Both the position numbers and the translations under genes were made by a program. 64,000 bases of DNA from Octopus vulgaris (lineage: Eukaryota). Below the pieces are notes generated by a model. That model was not told the origin of the DNA, did not search any database, and saw only the letters and a program-made list of their open reading frames with translations. Where the stretch lies: the NCBI GenBank assembly GCA_951406725.2, contig OX597821.1:69564001-69628000 (forward strand), in the 5' to 3' direction. This document shows positions 13,278 through 26,622 of the stretch, piece by piece. Positions within the stretch are counted from its first letter, which is position 1, and the number at the start of each line of letters is the position of its first letter.

Positions 13278-13637
13278 TGTATGTATGTATGTATGTATTT
13301 ATGCATGTATGTATGTATGCATGTATGTACGTATGCAAGCATGTATGCATGCATGAATGTATGTATGCATGCACGCATGCATGCATGCATGCATGAACGT
13401 TCGTATGTACGTATATATGTATGTGGTACAATATTTTCCAGTTGCTCTGGACTCACAATCCATATGAAAGTATAAAATTTTGGTTCTGCACTGAACGGAA
13501 ACTTAATTGCAACACATGAATATGAATGCCGCATCTACAATAAGAAATGCTAGTCACTTCTTAGTTTTATAAGCCTTGGTAGACTCTCATGGTCATTCCA
13601 TAAATCCTGAATTTTATTTTAGAATTTATGGCAGCAA

Positions 13638-13710
13638 CTGTCTTTGAAGGCGCATATTGTCGTTGAATGCTCGAAATGACTAGATAGACAGCCGACAACT
13701 GATGAAGACT
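13638..13710 (+). ncRNA. Non-circularly permuted hammerhead-like motif
   Basis: Order: cau-A-uugucg ... gcu-c-GAA-aug ... cgacaa-CUGAUGA-ag. Stem I uugucg/cgacaa, stem III cau/aug plus distal cugucu/agacag. Confidence 0.55.
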
Positions 13711-14013
13711 CCCTTTTCTGTGTTTACTTGTCTTGTTTTCCGTTCTTTCTCGTTGTTTACGTATTTCATGTTATTTGCACCTTTTTGCGACGTCCTGTAC
13801 CCATATATGCATATATATATATATATATATAGTACAAAGTAAGATAGGGGTTATGAAAGTAACCCACTATGGGATATCAGTTATCCAATATACTGCTTGT
13901 AAAGTACCCAAATACTAAATACATAAAAGCTTTTAATTGCAATGCAATTAATTCATTTATTGTATTGAATGGGTGAAGGCAAAAAATATTTTTACAGTAA
14001 ATTCATAATACAA

Positions 14014-14434
14014 ATAAGAAAATGGCGAAACGAATTCATTTCGATCATCAACTTACGGATATTACAATTTCCCATTATTTATTAATTATACAAATAGGAT
14101 CATCAAAATCGAACAAAACAATATACATCAATATGTAATATAATAATAGAAATAAAAATGATAGAAATAAACTTCCCCTTACAGCTGTTTCAGCCTATGG
14201 TCAAGAGTCAATTCAACTTAAATTGCCTATAGATGCTTGACTCTTGACCATAGGCTGAAACAGGTGTATGGAGCAGTTTATTTGTATTATTTTAATTTTT
14301 ATTATTATATTACATATAGATGTATATTGTTTTGTTCGATTTTGATGTTCCCATTTGTATAATTAATAAATGATGTGAAATTGTAATATCCATAAATTGA
14401 TGATCGAAATGAATTTGTTTCTCCATTTTCTTAT
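14014..14434. repeat. ~420-bp foldback palindrome (arms ~198 bp, 25-nt loop), probable inverted pair of Penelope pLTR ends
   Basis: 14014-14211 is the imperfect reverse complement of 14237-14434. The left arm, read on the minus strand, carries GAA-ACAGCTGT-A (3' half of a hammerhead), with one substitution in the right arm. Confidence 0.85.
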
Positions 14435-14500
14435 ATATATATATATAATTTCTTATATATTTTATATAAATATTTTATTTTATATATATATATATATTTT

Positions 14501-14585
<85 letters not shown>

Positions 14586-14586
14586 T

Positions 14587-14627
<41 letters not shown>

Positions 14628-15029
14628 AGAGAGAGAGAGAGAGAGAGAAATAGTGCAATACAGTAGTATGCTTCCCAGTAAAACAAAGCACCATCAGGTT
14701 AAAGTATAAATATAGGATAGCGGTACAACAATGCACCAATATTTACTGGAAATAGCAGTCGATAATATACGATGCTATAGTAAAACTTCACTGTGTATAT
14801 ATATATATATATATATATAAATATATATACATATATATATACTGGCAAAATGTTATCGGGTGGCGAGCATAAAACATTTCATCTTACCCGTAGGAAGAAC
14901 ATTAAATAAATGTACAACCCAGATGTGGATAATTTAGGACCTAGGATTCGAACTTCCCAAATTACGTTTGTCAGCGTGAATTTGGTTAGTTCTCATCGGT
15001 TAGATTTACCTGGATAAAATCTCAAATGT

Positions 15030-15190
15030 CGCTACATCAATACCAGTAAAGGTGTATCACGCGTCAGGTATCGAAGTGATCGCGAAGCAACGCTAGATAG
15101 AGTGTTTTGCTCAAAAACATAACGCACCACCCGATCTGGGGATTGAAACATCACTAGATTGTGAGTGCAACACCTTAACCCCTGAGCCAT
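15030..15190 (-). mobile_element. tRNA-derived SINE fragment
   Basis: Minus strand tggctcaggggttaagg (A box), gtttcaatcccc (B box), ttgagcaaaacact. Confidence 0.55.
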
Positions 15191-15209
15191 ACATACATAC
15201 ATACATACA

Positions 15210-15632
<423 letters not shown>

Positions 15633-16122
15633 TATATATATATATATTTGCTCTTTCAAATAATTTAGCGTCTGGTGTGTACGAGTAATAATACGCATCG
15701 CTGAAGAGGCATAACAATAAAGAAACATGTCCGATTTTACTTCACCTTTCACGGCACTACATGCAGAGATCATCTCGATCATCAACATCATCTCCTCCTC
15801 CTTCACTTTATCCTCTTCCCTCTTCTTCTCCACTTTATCCTCCTCTTCTCTTCTTCCTCCTCGTTATCTTCGTCGTCGTCGTCGCTCTCTTTCTCTTCTT
15901 CCTCGTCATTTTCGTCATCGACGTCGTCGCCATCGCCCTCCTCCTCATCCTCCTCCTCTTCCTCCTCCTCCTCCTCCTCATCATCATCTCTGTCGTGTTA
16001 TTTCTCTCTTCTTTTACTCATCATCAAACCCCATTAAATATGTTTCGACTGCTGCTACAAGTAATCGGTTGTTTCCTCATCACTGTGACTGTTTCTCTAC
16101 CTCAACAACAACAACAACAACA

Positions 16123-16206
<84 letters not shown>

Positions 16207-17039
16207 GCTACTACTACTACTACTGTTGCTGATGCTGCTATAGCTACTACTCGTATTTCTATGATAACAGCAATGTGGCTTGAGTTTCCGGCCATTTGGC
16301 ACACGATCTCTTCTCCCTTCACTCTGGGACCTGGAGCAGGTGATCAGCAGCAAATTCACAAATGTTTTCAATGAGGTTGGTCAATCTGGTGCAGAATTAC
16401 AACCCACCCTACAATAATAACAATAATTTTTATTATTGTTGTTGTTGTTGTCGTTGCTACTGTTATTATTTTGGCCCTTAAGTAGTTGACTGGAGATGTA
16501 CAAGGGCAAGTATAGTATGTATTGCTTTGATAGTGTACCGACACATCTGGTCACTTTCCTCTCGCCACTCCCCCATCTCTCTCTCTCTTCAATCCCCACC
16601 TGGTCTGTTTGGACTGTTTCTTGTTTCATTAATCAACGGTCAACACATGCTCCGTAAGTAAGGCGAAAAACTGGCTGAATGGTTACCGCGCCGGACAAAG
16701 TGCTCAGTGGCATTTCTTCCGTCTGATCACATTTATAAAAAGGACTGAGAGGAAGATCCATAATGAACCACAGAAAACATTACGCTAGCAAATTTCGTCC
16801 AAGTCTGTGTTTGGCTGTGAATAGTACGCGTTATTGATAACGCTCAACAAACCAGGAATACATCCTTCATTCTCATTCACTGCTTCCGGAACGAGCTCCG
16901 TCTTATTTCGACGTAAATTAACTTATTATTGTATGAGGCAGGAAAATGAAAGCCAATATTCTTTCTGGGCAAGCAGTTCGTTTATTCCTAATCACTGCTT
17001 TACGTTAATGCTGCTATTTTTGATTCCGACCAGGCGGTT

Positions 17040-19260
17040 CACTAGCGCATCTCAGTCACTAATGTTGACTGTTTTTTAGTCACAGTTGGTGTTTTGAATC
17101 AGCCCAGGGTTCTCTCTCTTCAGAAGCTCCCATCGAAGAAAGTTGAAGAGCCAGAAACGGGCGTCTGTGAATCGGATACCTGGAAACACTGGGCAGGTTT
17201 GCTGTTTATACACCTTTTATCATAAGTGAATTTGCTTTTAGAAGCCTTTTAAAAGAAATGGTTATTTATTTATTTATTTATTTATTTGAGTAAATGCAAA
17301 GAAACAATCTTTTATGAAAAAGTCGCTGTAGTAATCAAACAATGAAATACAAACCAGGTGGAAAAATTACTATACATACACCATAGTGACGAAAGAACCC
17401 AGAGTCAGCTATCGCAGATCGCGGATCTATCGAGAAAAATTCCAGTGGATTTTGAACTGAACCAAGAGCTATATCAATTCTACAGAAAGGCAAGGGATGA
17501 TCCCTCGATAGGCTACAGGAAGAGACTTAAAGATTATTGGGATAAGAAATAGCCAACATTCTCAAATTTTTCAGCAAAACATTTACGCCAGCAAGCTACA
17601 TTTGTGGAAAAGAAATACGTCATCTGACCAATAGATAAATAAATAAAAAATCACTCTACCAAAATGTACAAAGGATAATATTCATTTTAACAACAGCATA
17701 CTTTTTTCCGCGAAGTGACTGTGAACGACAAAGAACATGACCAACACAGACATAACAGTAACAAACCGCCACCACTACACGGACATGTGGCAACCATTTA
17801 TGATACTATAAGAACAAGTGAGGAATATAAAATAGTAAAATTACAGCTTGCATTGAAGTTCATGCAGGATTTCACTAATTATATACATAAGGCACTGCAT
17901 GAGAGAGCAAATACCAACATGGGTTGGAAAGAAAACCCCACTGACCTGATGTTATCCGTTATCAACGGAATTGCTAGAGAACAAGCGGCTCAAATCCAAA
18001 CTCCCAACTTTTGGACAATCAATGTTCTGCTATATTGTAGCGCAGTAATTGTGCACCAATAGATGGGATTAAGAGAGACCGATGCAGAGGATAATACAGA
18101 ACCAAATTGGATTACCTTCTTCCAAAATAACAACAACGGTCAAGAAAAAAGATAGGACTGTTTGACACTGTCATCAAATGTAAAAGTTAAAATGCGTTCA
18201 CGAATATCCAGCTACGACTGCAGGACAGATATTTCCAAACTGTATGGGAACTGCTGCTGAGAAACAGTCACGGGCAAACTTGTCACCTTCAAACACGATC
18301 TACGAGCGGTAAGTGAAAAACTTCGTTATTGTCAAAAATGATATGAACGAAGAATGATAACCCGAAAGTTTCCCCGAAATCCACAAGCTGTATATCGCAA
18401 TATGAAAGGCGATACCATCAAGGTAGTAAATATTCCTCCCCAGGAAGACCGAGAGGAATCTGTAATGTAAGCATTGGGCACACAACTGCGATGCAGCATG
18501 GTTAAACGACCACGAAGTGAGTATTGTGTAAATGCCTCTCCCAAAACGTATAACATTACCAATGAAACACTCCTGATGATCCCTATGAAGCTGCCGAATG
18601 GAAAATCAACTGGAGAGATCTGAAAGTAAGCTAATGCTACAAAAAAGCTCACATTCTACAGGGAACTTCTCACGAACCTTTTTAAAATAGAAAAAATAAA
18701 ATAAAAGAAACTGAGCTAGATGTACAAGATTAGCTGACGGTTGCACGGACCACTCTTATCCCTAGGAACAAAGAGAGCCATGTAGCCAAAAGCCATAGGT
18801 CCGAAGCCTTCTTGAATGTTATGTACAACTATAGACATGTTGTAGAGGTCAATTGTTCAACGGATGTGAATATGTAATTAAAAGTCCAAGATAAACGGAA
18901 CGTTTATGGCGAATTAATGCGGAGCTTATACCTCTTGCACCCTGACTATGAATTATCATTGGTATTTATCCTCATAGATTATGTAGTAACAGATTTGCAC
19001 AAAACTTAGAAATGCTCGGTTTCACGGAGAAAGAACAAAAGAAACTGATGCGGATTCTCCAAATCCAGTTTATTAATGGCACAATAAAAAATTGCAAGAC
19101 ATTCCAAAGATTCTCCATCTGAAATTCTTATGTTAATAGATGCACACACTTTGGTGTATGCACCGACAAGCCAACCAACACACCAACTGAACCTCATATT
19201 TACAAACACTGGAAACTCTCTCAATTAAAAAAAAACCTTGTCGCTTTGTTAGCGACCGGC
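17040..19260 (+). mobile_element. Decayed, internally deleted RLE-type (R4-like) LINE
   Basis: Fragments GYRKRLKDYW (R4-like N-terminal motif), KFPRNPQAVYRNMKG, ARTTLIP (RT start). The 3' segment (~18900-19120) resembles the RLE ends at 33.5 and 55.2 kb. Confidence 0.6.
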
Positions 19261-19278
19261 TTGAATTCTTTCAAGAAC

Positions 19279-19329
<51 letters not shown>

Positions 19330-19546
19330 CGTGCGTATGTGTGCATGTGTGTGTATGCATATATATAGACACACGCATACATATACGTATATGTCTTATA
19401 CGAGCATCTGTGTGAGTGTATACCTGCCTATAGGTAATTCTATACCGTTGTAAATGTTTGTGTTGAGTGTGTAAGTATATGCAGATATTTAAATCATAAA
19501 GAAATAGACAGAGTGAGGAAGAGAGAGAGAGAAAATGGTACGAAAA

Positions 19547-19593
<47 letters not shown>

Positions 19594-20119
19594 TGATACA
19601 GATATATGTAGAGATCGTTATTCATATACAATATGTTATTTATGTTGTTTATGAGTGCGAACGTATGTTTGTTGTTAAGAGAAGATAAGTTTGGAAGTAG
19701 TGGAAGTGTGTAGGAGGGAGGAGGGGGGAGTATAAGCAGAATATGGAAGAGCAAGGAAGTTGTAGGTAGAGTCACGCTGAGATAAACTGTAGAGTAGAAC
19801 TGGAACAAAAGAGACGAAGTAAATATGTGGCTTTGGGGAGTTGGTCTCGGTGTGTTCGTCTGCTATTACTGCTTTCTCAATCATGTCGTTAAACAGCCGT
19901 TTAAGATGAAGAAGAAGAAGAAGAAGAAGAAGAAGAAGAAGAAGAAGAAGAAGAAGAAGAAGAAGAAAGAAATGCCACAAGAAGAATAGGAACAAGAATA
20001 ACAAGAGTAACAACCACAACGACTTTGAACAAAAAGGTGAAACAAAATGTTAAGAGGCTTGGTTCTGTGTCGATGTAGATTTTTCACATTTATTCTCTTT
20101 CGCCTTCTCTTTTCATTAC

Positions 20120-20150
<31 letters not shown>

Positions 20151-21299
20151 GCCTGTCTCTCTCTCTCTCTCTCTCTCTCCTCTGTCTCCCTGTATCATTC
20201 ACTCACTCACTCACTCAATCACTCCCTCATTCGCATACTCAATCACTCACTTATTCACTCACTCACTCTATCTGTCTGTCCGTCTGTCTGTCTGTCTCTC
20301 TTCTCAGTCTCTCTGTATCATTCACTAACTCACCCAGTCACTCAGTCACTCAGTCACTCACTCAGTCACTCACTCAGTCACTCACTCACTCACTCACTCA
20401 TTCACTCACTCACTCTTTCTCTCTCTCTCTCTTCTCTGTCTCACTGTATCATTCACTCACTATATTCACTTGAAAATTATTTTTAAAAAACACTGAAATA
20501 TTGTCTGTTTAAAGAAAGCTAAAATATAAATACTTACCTTACAAACAACTTAGATTTTTGAAATCACATTCACTTAAAACTATTTCTAAATGATTAAAAT
20601 ATTGTGTTTAACAAAAACGAAAACAGAAGCATTTACTGTAAAAAAACAACTCTTATTTTTTCGTTAGCAAGTTAAAGTCACTAATGTGTCTAAAAGAAAG
20701 GTTAGAGTTTCTCCTCTTTCAAGGTTAAGTTATTTTCGGGGTATTTTCCCATTATGCACCGTTTTGGGTATTTATACCCTCCGCCCAACCACCAATATCT
20801 CAAGAACCACTGGTCCGATCTACGCGAAACTTGTTTTATTCCGTTTGTATTCACATTTCAGGGGAACCTGAAAGCAAGCAAGATTGAAGTTCATTTTAAA
20901 TGTAATATAGATAAACTAGTTATACTTTCACAATACAAAGAATGTTTCAAAATTATTCTTTATACAATTCCTAATAATTAATTATAAAAATATAACTGAA
21001 ATTTTAAAACATCGAATGGTCCACCTGAACAAAATGGAAATGAAAGGGGACAATAGGTAAAAAAAAAAATGGTTGAGAAACTATATGTTATATTTAGAAA
21101 CTTGGATGTTATATTTAGATTATAGACTGGTTGCTTGAATGTAGTAATTCAGGATCTCTGAGAAATACATTATGTGTTGACTGAGAAAAAGGCACAAATT
21201 GCAGTAAAGACAGTAAAAACCTCTAAGTTAGGCGAAGATTTTGAGACGTTAAGCTAAACTCTTAGCTTAGATTAGCCAATAAAATATTCTGGCAGACAT

Positions 21300-22045
21300 C
21301 CACCGACTTCGTAAATAGACGCTCTTCTCTTCGGTATCTGCCATTAAGAACTCGGATTGACTTCTCCTCTCCACAGAGAAGAGCATCTTTGGAAGGTGGA
21401 CAGAATACTTTGCTGGTCTCCTAAATCCCGTCATAACAAAATCAATCGATCTGAAATGTCTTTTGGATCGAAGACTAACCTGGCAGGGGTAAAAGTCACA
21501 AAGCGATTAAGGCACTCAAAGGTGAGAAGACCGCTGAAGAGGATGAAATTTGGTTCGAGATGTTAAAATCTTGAAATTATTGGACCTATAGAATAACACC
21601 AAATCAATGGCAACCCGGAGTGGTAATCCTAATTTCTAAAAAAGAAACCGAAAATAAATGCTTTAATTATAAAAGAATCTCTCTGTTGAGCCTCAGCGAC
21701 AGGGATACTGTCAAGCCTGAGCTGGATGAGCAGCAAGGGAGCTTTTTTCCTAGGCGCAGCACAACCAACAAAAATATTCACTCAACAACAACAAATGTAT
21801 TTAAAATTTCATAGGAATATTGTGAAGTGCAGTATGTTTGCTCAACAGATCTCGAAAAGGCATACGAGCGCATGGTACTGGCCATATTGCGGAGGATATT
21901 GCAGGAGTTTGGAGTCAACAGGGAAATTCTGTTTGCCGTGAAGCCCCTTCTACGAATGCCAAGATATTAGCGTTCATGTAATGGATGCTAAATCGAACCT
22001 TTCAACGTGGGTGTTGGATTCCGGCAGGGGTGCAAGTTGTCCCAG
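21300..22045 (+). mobile_element. Decayed RTE/CR1-type LINE RT fragment
   Basis: GVVILISKK...NYKRISLLS, EQQGSFFPRRSTT, DLEKAY and VGFRQGCKLS across frames. Confidence 0.7.
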
Positions 22046-22116
22046 AAGAAAAAAAAGATGGCGAAGGGGAAGGAGGTTGAGAAGAATGAGAAGACAGCAA
22101 AGAAGAAAAAGAAGAG

Positions 22117-22148
<32 letters not shown>

Positions 22149-22861
22149 AAGAAGAAGAAGAAGAAGAAGAAGAAGATGAAGAAGAAGAAAAAGAAGATGA
22201 AAAAGAAGAAGATGAAGAAGAAAAAGAAGAAGAAGGAGGAGGAGGAGGAGAAGAAGAAGAAGGAGAAGAAGAAGAAGAAGAAGAAGGAAGAGGAGAAGAA
22301 GAAGAAGAAGAAGAAGATGGCGAAGAGGAAGGAGGTTGAGAAGAATGAAAAGACATGAAAGAAGAAAAGGAAGAGGGAAAATGAAGAAGAAGAAGAAGAA
22401 GAAGAAGAAGAAGAAGAAGAAGAAGAAGAAGAAGAAGAAGAAGAAGAAGAAGAAGAAGAAACAGCTGAATAATAATAAAAAGCAAATAAAAGCTAACAAT
22501 AAAGTAAACAAAACAAAGACGGTGTTGGATGATGATGGCTGACTGTTGTAAATGTTTTTCTTTCCTTCTGTCAGAATGTCGTATATTAGAGAGCATTGAA
22601 AAGATATCTATTCACGGCTGAGTGAAAGACGCTCTTAACAACAACAACAAAAACAACGATAACAACACAAACAAGAGTAGTTATAGCAATAACAGTAATG
22701 GCGACAATACCACTAACAACAACAACAACAAAAACAACAACAACAACAACAACAAGCGATGTGTGTGTGCGCGCGCCCGTCTATATGTGTGTATGTTTGT
22801 ATGCATGTGTGCATGTATGTATTCCTGCATGAGTGTATGTATATATATATATATGTATGTA

Positions 22862-23083
22862 TTCAACAGATGACATCTAGAGATTCTCAGTATGGAAGAC
22901 ACTTAAATGGAAGACACTTAGTAACTCTCAAAAGATTCAAACTTAAGACTCCGATGTCTTTACAGTGGATCAATTCCGCGAGGTAAAGTCTGGCTATAAG
23001 AAGGATCAAGTTGAACAAATATGGAGGCAATGATGCGGATAAACAAATTGTATATATTAAATATAACGGGTTGGGCAGGGAAT

Positions 23084-23085
<2 letters not shown>
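22862..23085 (+). repeat. Short dispersed repeat (probable retroelement 3' end); partial inverted copy at ~31820-31892
   Basis: tatggaggcaat(g/t)atgcggataaaca...tatattaaatata is shared between the two loci. Confidence 0.5.
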
Positions 23086-23146
<61 letters not shown>

Positions 23147-23444
23147 AAACAGTACTTGGAGAAGAAGAACGGAACGAAACGAACGAATAGAATCGAATCG
23201 ACGCGAAGGCGCTCAGTCATACAATAGTGTAATAAATAAAATATATGCATACATACATACATATATGTACGTACCTACATCTACATGTATATATACATGC
23301 ATATATAAATATATATACGTGAGTACAGGACACCACAAATAGACGTAGAACTCAACGAGAAACGAAAACGGAAAACAAGCATGGAACAAACCATTTTTTT
23401 ACAACAGAAAAAGAGAGTACAAGACAAACTACACAAGGAAAAAT

Positions 23445-23510
23445 CCCCTTCATCAGCTGTCCCTATATACTGCAGCGTGTTTCGAAGGTAGGACAGAAAA
23501 AGGACTCGGC
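23445..23510 (-). ncRNA. Non-circularly permuted hammerhead-like motif (stem III decayed)
   Basis: Minus strand cugucc-ua-ccuu-c-GAAAC...ggacag-CUGAUGA-aggg, in a pLTR-like repeat that resembles 13640-13810. Confidence 0.45.
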
Positions 23511-23825
23511 AAACTAGCCCTTCCTGCGAGAGAATTAAATAAAATTACTTCGCAGAAGGGTAAAAACAAAGAAAGAAAAAAAATGTAACACAAACAGGAC
23601 GTAAAAACGATACAAATAAAAATACAAAATAAAATACAAGATAAAAATACATGTACAAGAAAATACAATACGAGAAATAAAAAATAAAAAATATAAACAA
23701 GAAAACAAACGAAAAAGGCCTTTTTCTGGCTTAACGAAAATTCTGGCGAGCTCAAGGGAAAAAAGTGTGTTTACAGTTTGGAGACCGCATGTAAAAAGGA
23801 TATATATAGTTAATATATATATATA

Positions 23826-25396
23826 GTTAATCCAAACAAGAAAACACAAAAAAACACAACAACGCGAGGACGTGGAACAAATATAGTATTATTGGACGCT
23901 CAGGAAAGTAGGGAAGAAGGAGGGTATAACGTTTCGAGCGGAGCTCTTCGTCGGAAACATAGGAGGAGGAAAGATCCAGAGAAGGGAAGACAGAGGAAAA
24001 AAAATCGCCAACGGTACACACGAGGTCACATTTTGAAAGACCGGAAGGAGAAAGGGTGAAGAAAGATGTTTTCAAAGACAGAAGAGTAGTATGGTCAAAG
24101 ACAGCGGAATGTAGGAGGGGGAATGTGTGTGTAAGTGTAGGTCTGCGTGTGCGTGTGTGTGTGTATGTGTGCAATGATGACATGTGTGTGCGTGTGTGTG
24201 CGTGTGTGTGTGTATGTGTGTGTGGTTGTAGCTGTAAACAACAGGCTAGTAGCTGGCTAGTTTGTAAGAATAAGGAGTGGTGTTTTTGCCCCTGCCACAG
24301 GTCAGAATATTGAAGTATGTGTGTGTGTGCGTGCATGTATATGTATCGTGTGTGTGTTTTGTTTGTAGTGTGTGTGTGTGTGAGAGTATGCGTGTGTTCG
24401 TGTGTGTATGCGTAGAGTTTGGGTGTGTGGCGAATAACTGCTTTACTTAGTGTATGTGTGCGTGTGTGCTTGTACGTGCGTATGTGTGTATATATATGTA
24501 TGTATAATTGTGTACGTGTACGTGTATGTATAATTGTGTGCCGTGTGTATGGATGTATGTGTGGGTTCATTTGTGTGTGTGTGTGTGTGTATGTATGTGC
24601 GTGCGTGTCGTATGTGCGTGTAGTTGTGTGTGCGTGTATGTGTGCGTTTGTATGTGTGTGTGTAAGCGTATATGGATGTATATGCGTGTATCCGTGGGGT
24701 TGTGAGTTTTGGGTGTGTGCATTGGTGTGCGTGTGTGCGTGTGTGTGTGTCTGTGCCTATATGTGTATACGTATGTTTATGTGTGTGTGCGTTTGTAGGT
24801 ATATATTGTGCGTATGTATATGTATCGGTGTGTATGTGAATTTGTGTATGCGTGTGTGTGTGTGTGTGGGGGGGTTGTGTGGGCGTAATGTGCGTGCGTG
24901 TACTTGTGTGCGTGTGTGCGCTTACGTGCGTGTATGAGTGTGTGTGTCTGTGCTCATGTGTGTATGAATGTGTGCGTATCTGTATGAATATTGTTTGTTG
25001 GAGGTATATGTGGGCATCTGTGCTGGTGTGTGTGTTTGTACGTGTGTATGTGTGTGTGTGTGTATGTGTGCGTGTGTGTGTACGTGCGTGCGAGTGAATG
25101 TATGGATACATGTGCGTGTGTGTGTACGTGCGTGCGAGTGAATGCATGGATACATGTGCGTGTGTGTACAAATGTAGAGGTTTATATGTGTGTATATATA
25201 TGTATGCAAGCACACACTTTATAATTGAAAGATTGATGGAAAAAAAATTGGTGTGGGTGTATGTGAATCCACAGGCACATACATACATACACTGACGCAC
25301 GCCTGCAATACAGCAAACCCCATATGTATGTATGCATGTGTGTATGTATGTATGTGTGTGTGTATGTGTGTGTGCGTGTATGTATGTATCTATGTA

Positions 25397-25457
<61 letters not shown>

Positions 25458-25550
25458 ATGTGTGTGTGTATGTATGTATGTATGTGTGTATGTATGTATG
25501 TGTGTATGTGTGTGTGTGTTTGTGTGTATGTATGTATGTATGTATATATG

Positions 25551-25582
<32 letters not shown>

Positions 25583-26230
25583 TATATGTATATGTATGTA
25601 TGTATGTATGTATATATGTATATGTGTGTGTGTATGTATGTATGTATGTATGTATGTATGTGTGTATGTATGTATGTATGTATGTATGTATGTGTGTATG
25701 TGTGTATGTGTGTGTGTGTATGTGTGTATGTATGTATATGTGTATGTATGTATGTATGTATGTATGTATGTGTGTGTGTGTGTGTATGTGTACGTATGTA
25801 TGTATGTATGTATGTATGTATGTATGTGTGTGTGTGTGTATGAGTATGAGTGTGTGTGTGGGTTTTTTCGGAGTTGTGTGGGCGCAATGTACATGCGTGT
25901 GCTTGTGTGCGTGTGTGCACTTACGTGCGTGTATGTGTGTGTGTGTGTCTGCCCATGTGTGTATAAGTGTGTGCATATCTGTATGAGTATTGTTTGTTGA
26001 TGTGTGTGCACGGGCATATGTGTGTGTGCGCGTGGGGTGTGTGTGGGGGTGTGGGGGTGTGTATTTTTGTGTGTGTATATGTGTGGGAGTTTGTGTGCTT
26101 GTATGTGCATGTATGTTGTATGTGTGTGAAGTGTTGGAAGTATGTGTGTTCGTGGATACGTGAGTATATGTGTGTATGTGTTTCTGTATAAGGAAAAAAG
26201 GGGGGAGGAAGAAATAAGAAATGAAAAATG
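23826..26230 (-). mobile_element. Penelope-type 3' region: long CA-rich low-complexity spacer plus pseudo-LTR
   Basis: pLTR 23826-24026 is repeated at 40406-40605. Architecture parallels 58797-59897, and there is an internal duplication (~24870-25000 vs ~25880-26000). Confidence 0.5.
23924..23958 (-). ncRNA. Minimal type I hammerhead-like motif
   Basis: guuu-CCGACGA-a-gagc-ucc-gcuc-GAA-ACGU-U-auac, with palindromic stem III. Confidence 0.5.
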
Positions 26231-26241
26231 AAATTAAAAAA

Positions 26242-26336
<95 letters not shown>

Positions 26337-26368
26337 CACATCTGTAAATATGTGACAATTATTCGGTA

Positions 26369-26435
26369 GCCAAGATAAAACTCTGAGTTTCGGATGCCGA
26401 GGTGGAAATCAACACCATCTCTTCAGTTATCCGGC
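26369..26435 (-). ncRNA. Type I hammerhead ribozyme (Penelope pLTR type)
   Basis: gccggauaa-CUGAAGA-gaug...cauc-c-GAA-acuc-a-gagu-U-uuaucuuggc. Intact core, near-palindromic stem III, (TA)n flanks. Confidence 0.7.
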
Positions 26436-26467
26436 AATGTTTATATATATATATATATATATATATA

Positions 26468-26505
<38 letters not shown>

Positions 26506-26622
26506 CATGAAAACGAGAGCAAGCAAAGAGTGAAAAATTTCAGACGATGAATATTTGAGTATAAATATATATATATATATATTAATAGATCCAACTTATT
26601 CAGAGTACAAACGACAGAGAAA

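Noticed and set aside
15727-16420. Possible low-complexity host exon
   Set aside because: ORFs are dominated by triplet repeats, with no domain similarity and no consistent strand.
21981-22596. Poly-Lys / poly-Ser ORFs
   Set aside because: (GAA)n purine tract. The same applies to 36955-37712.
24443-26110. 555-aa His/Thr/Tyr ORF
   Set aside because: Product of a stop-poor (CA/TACA)n tract.
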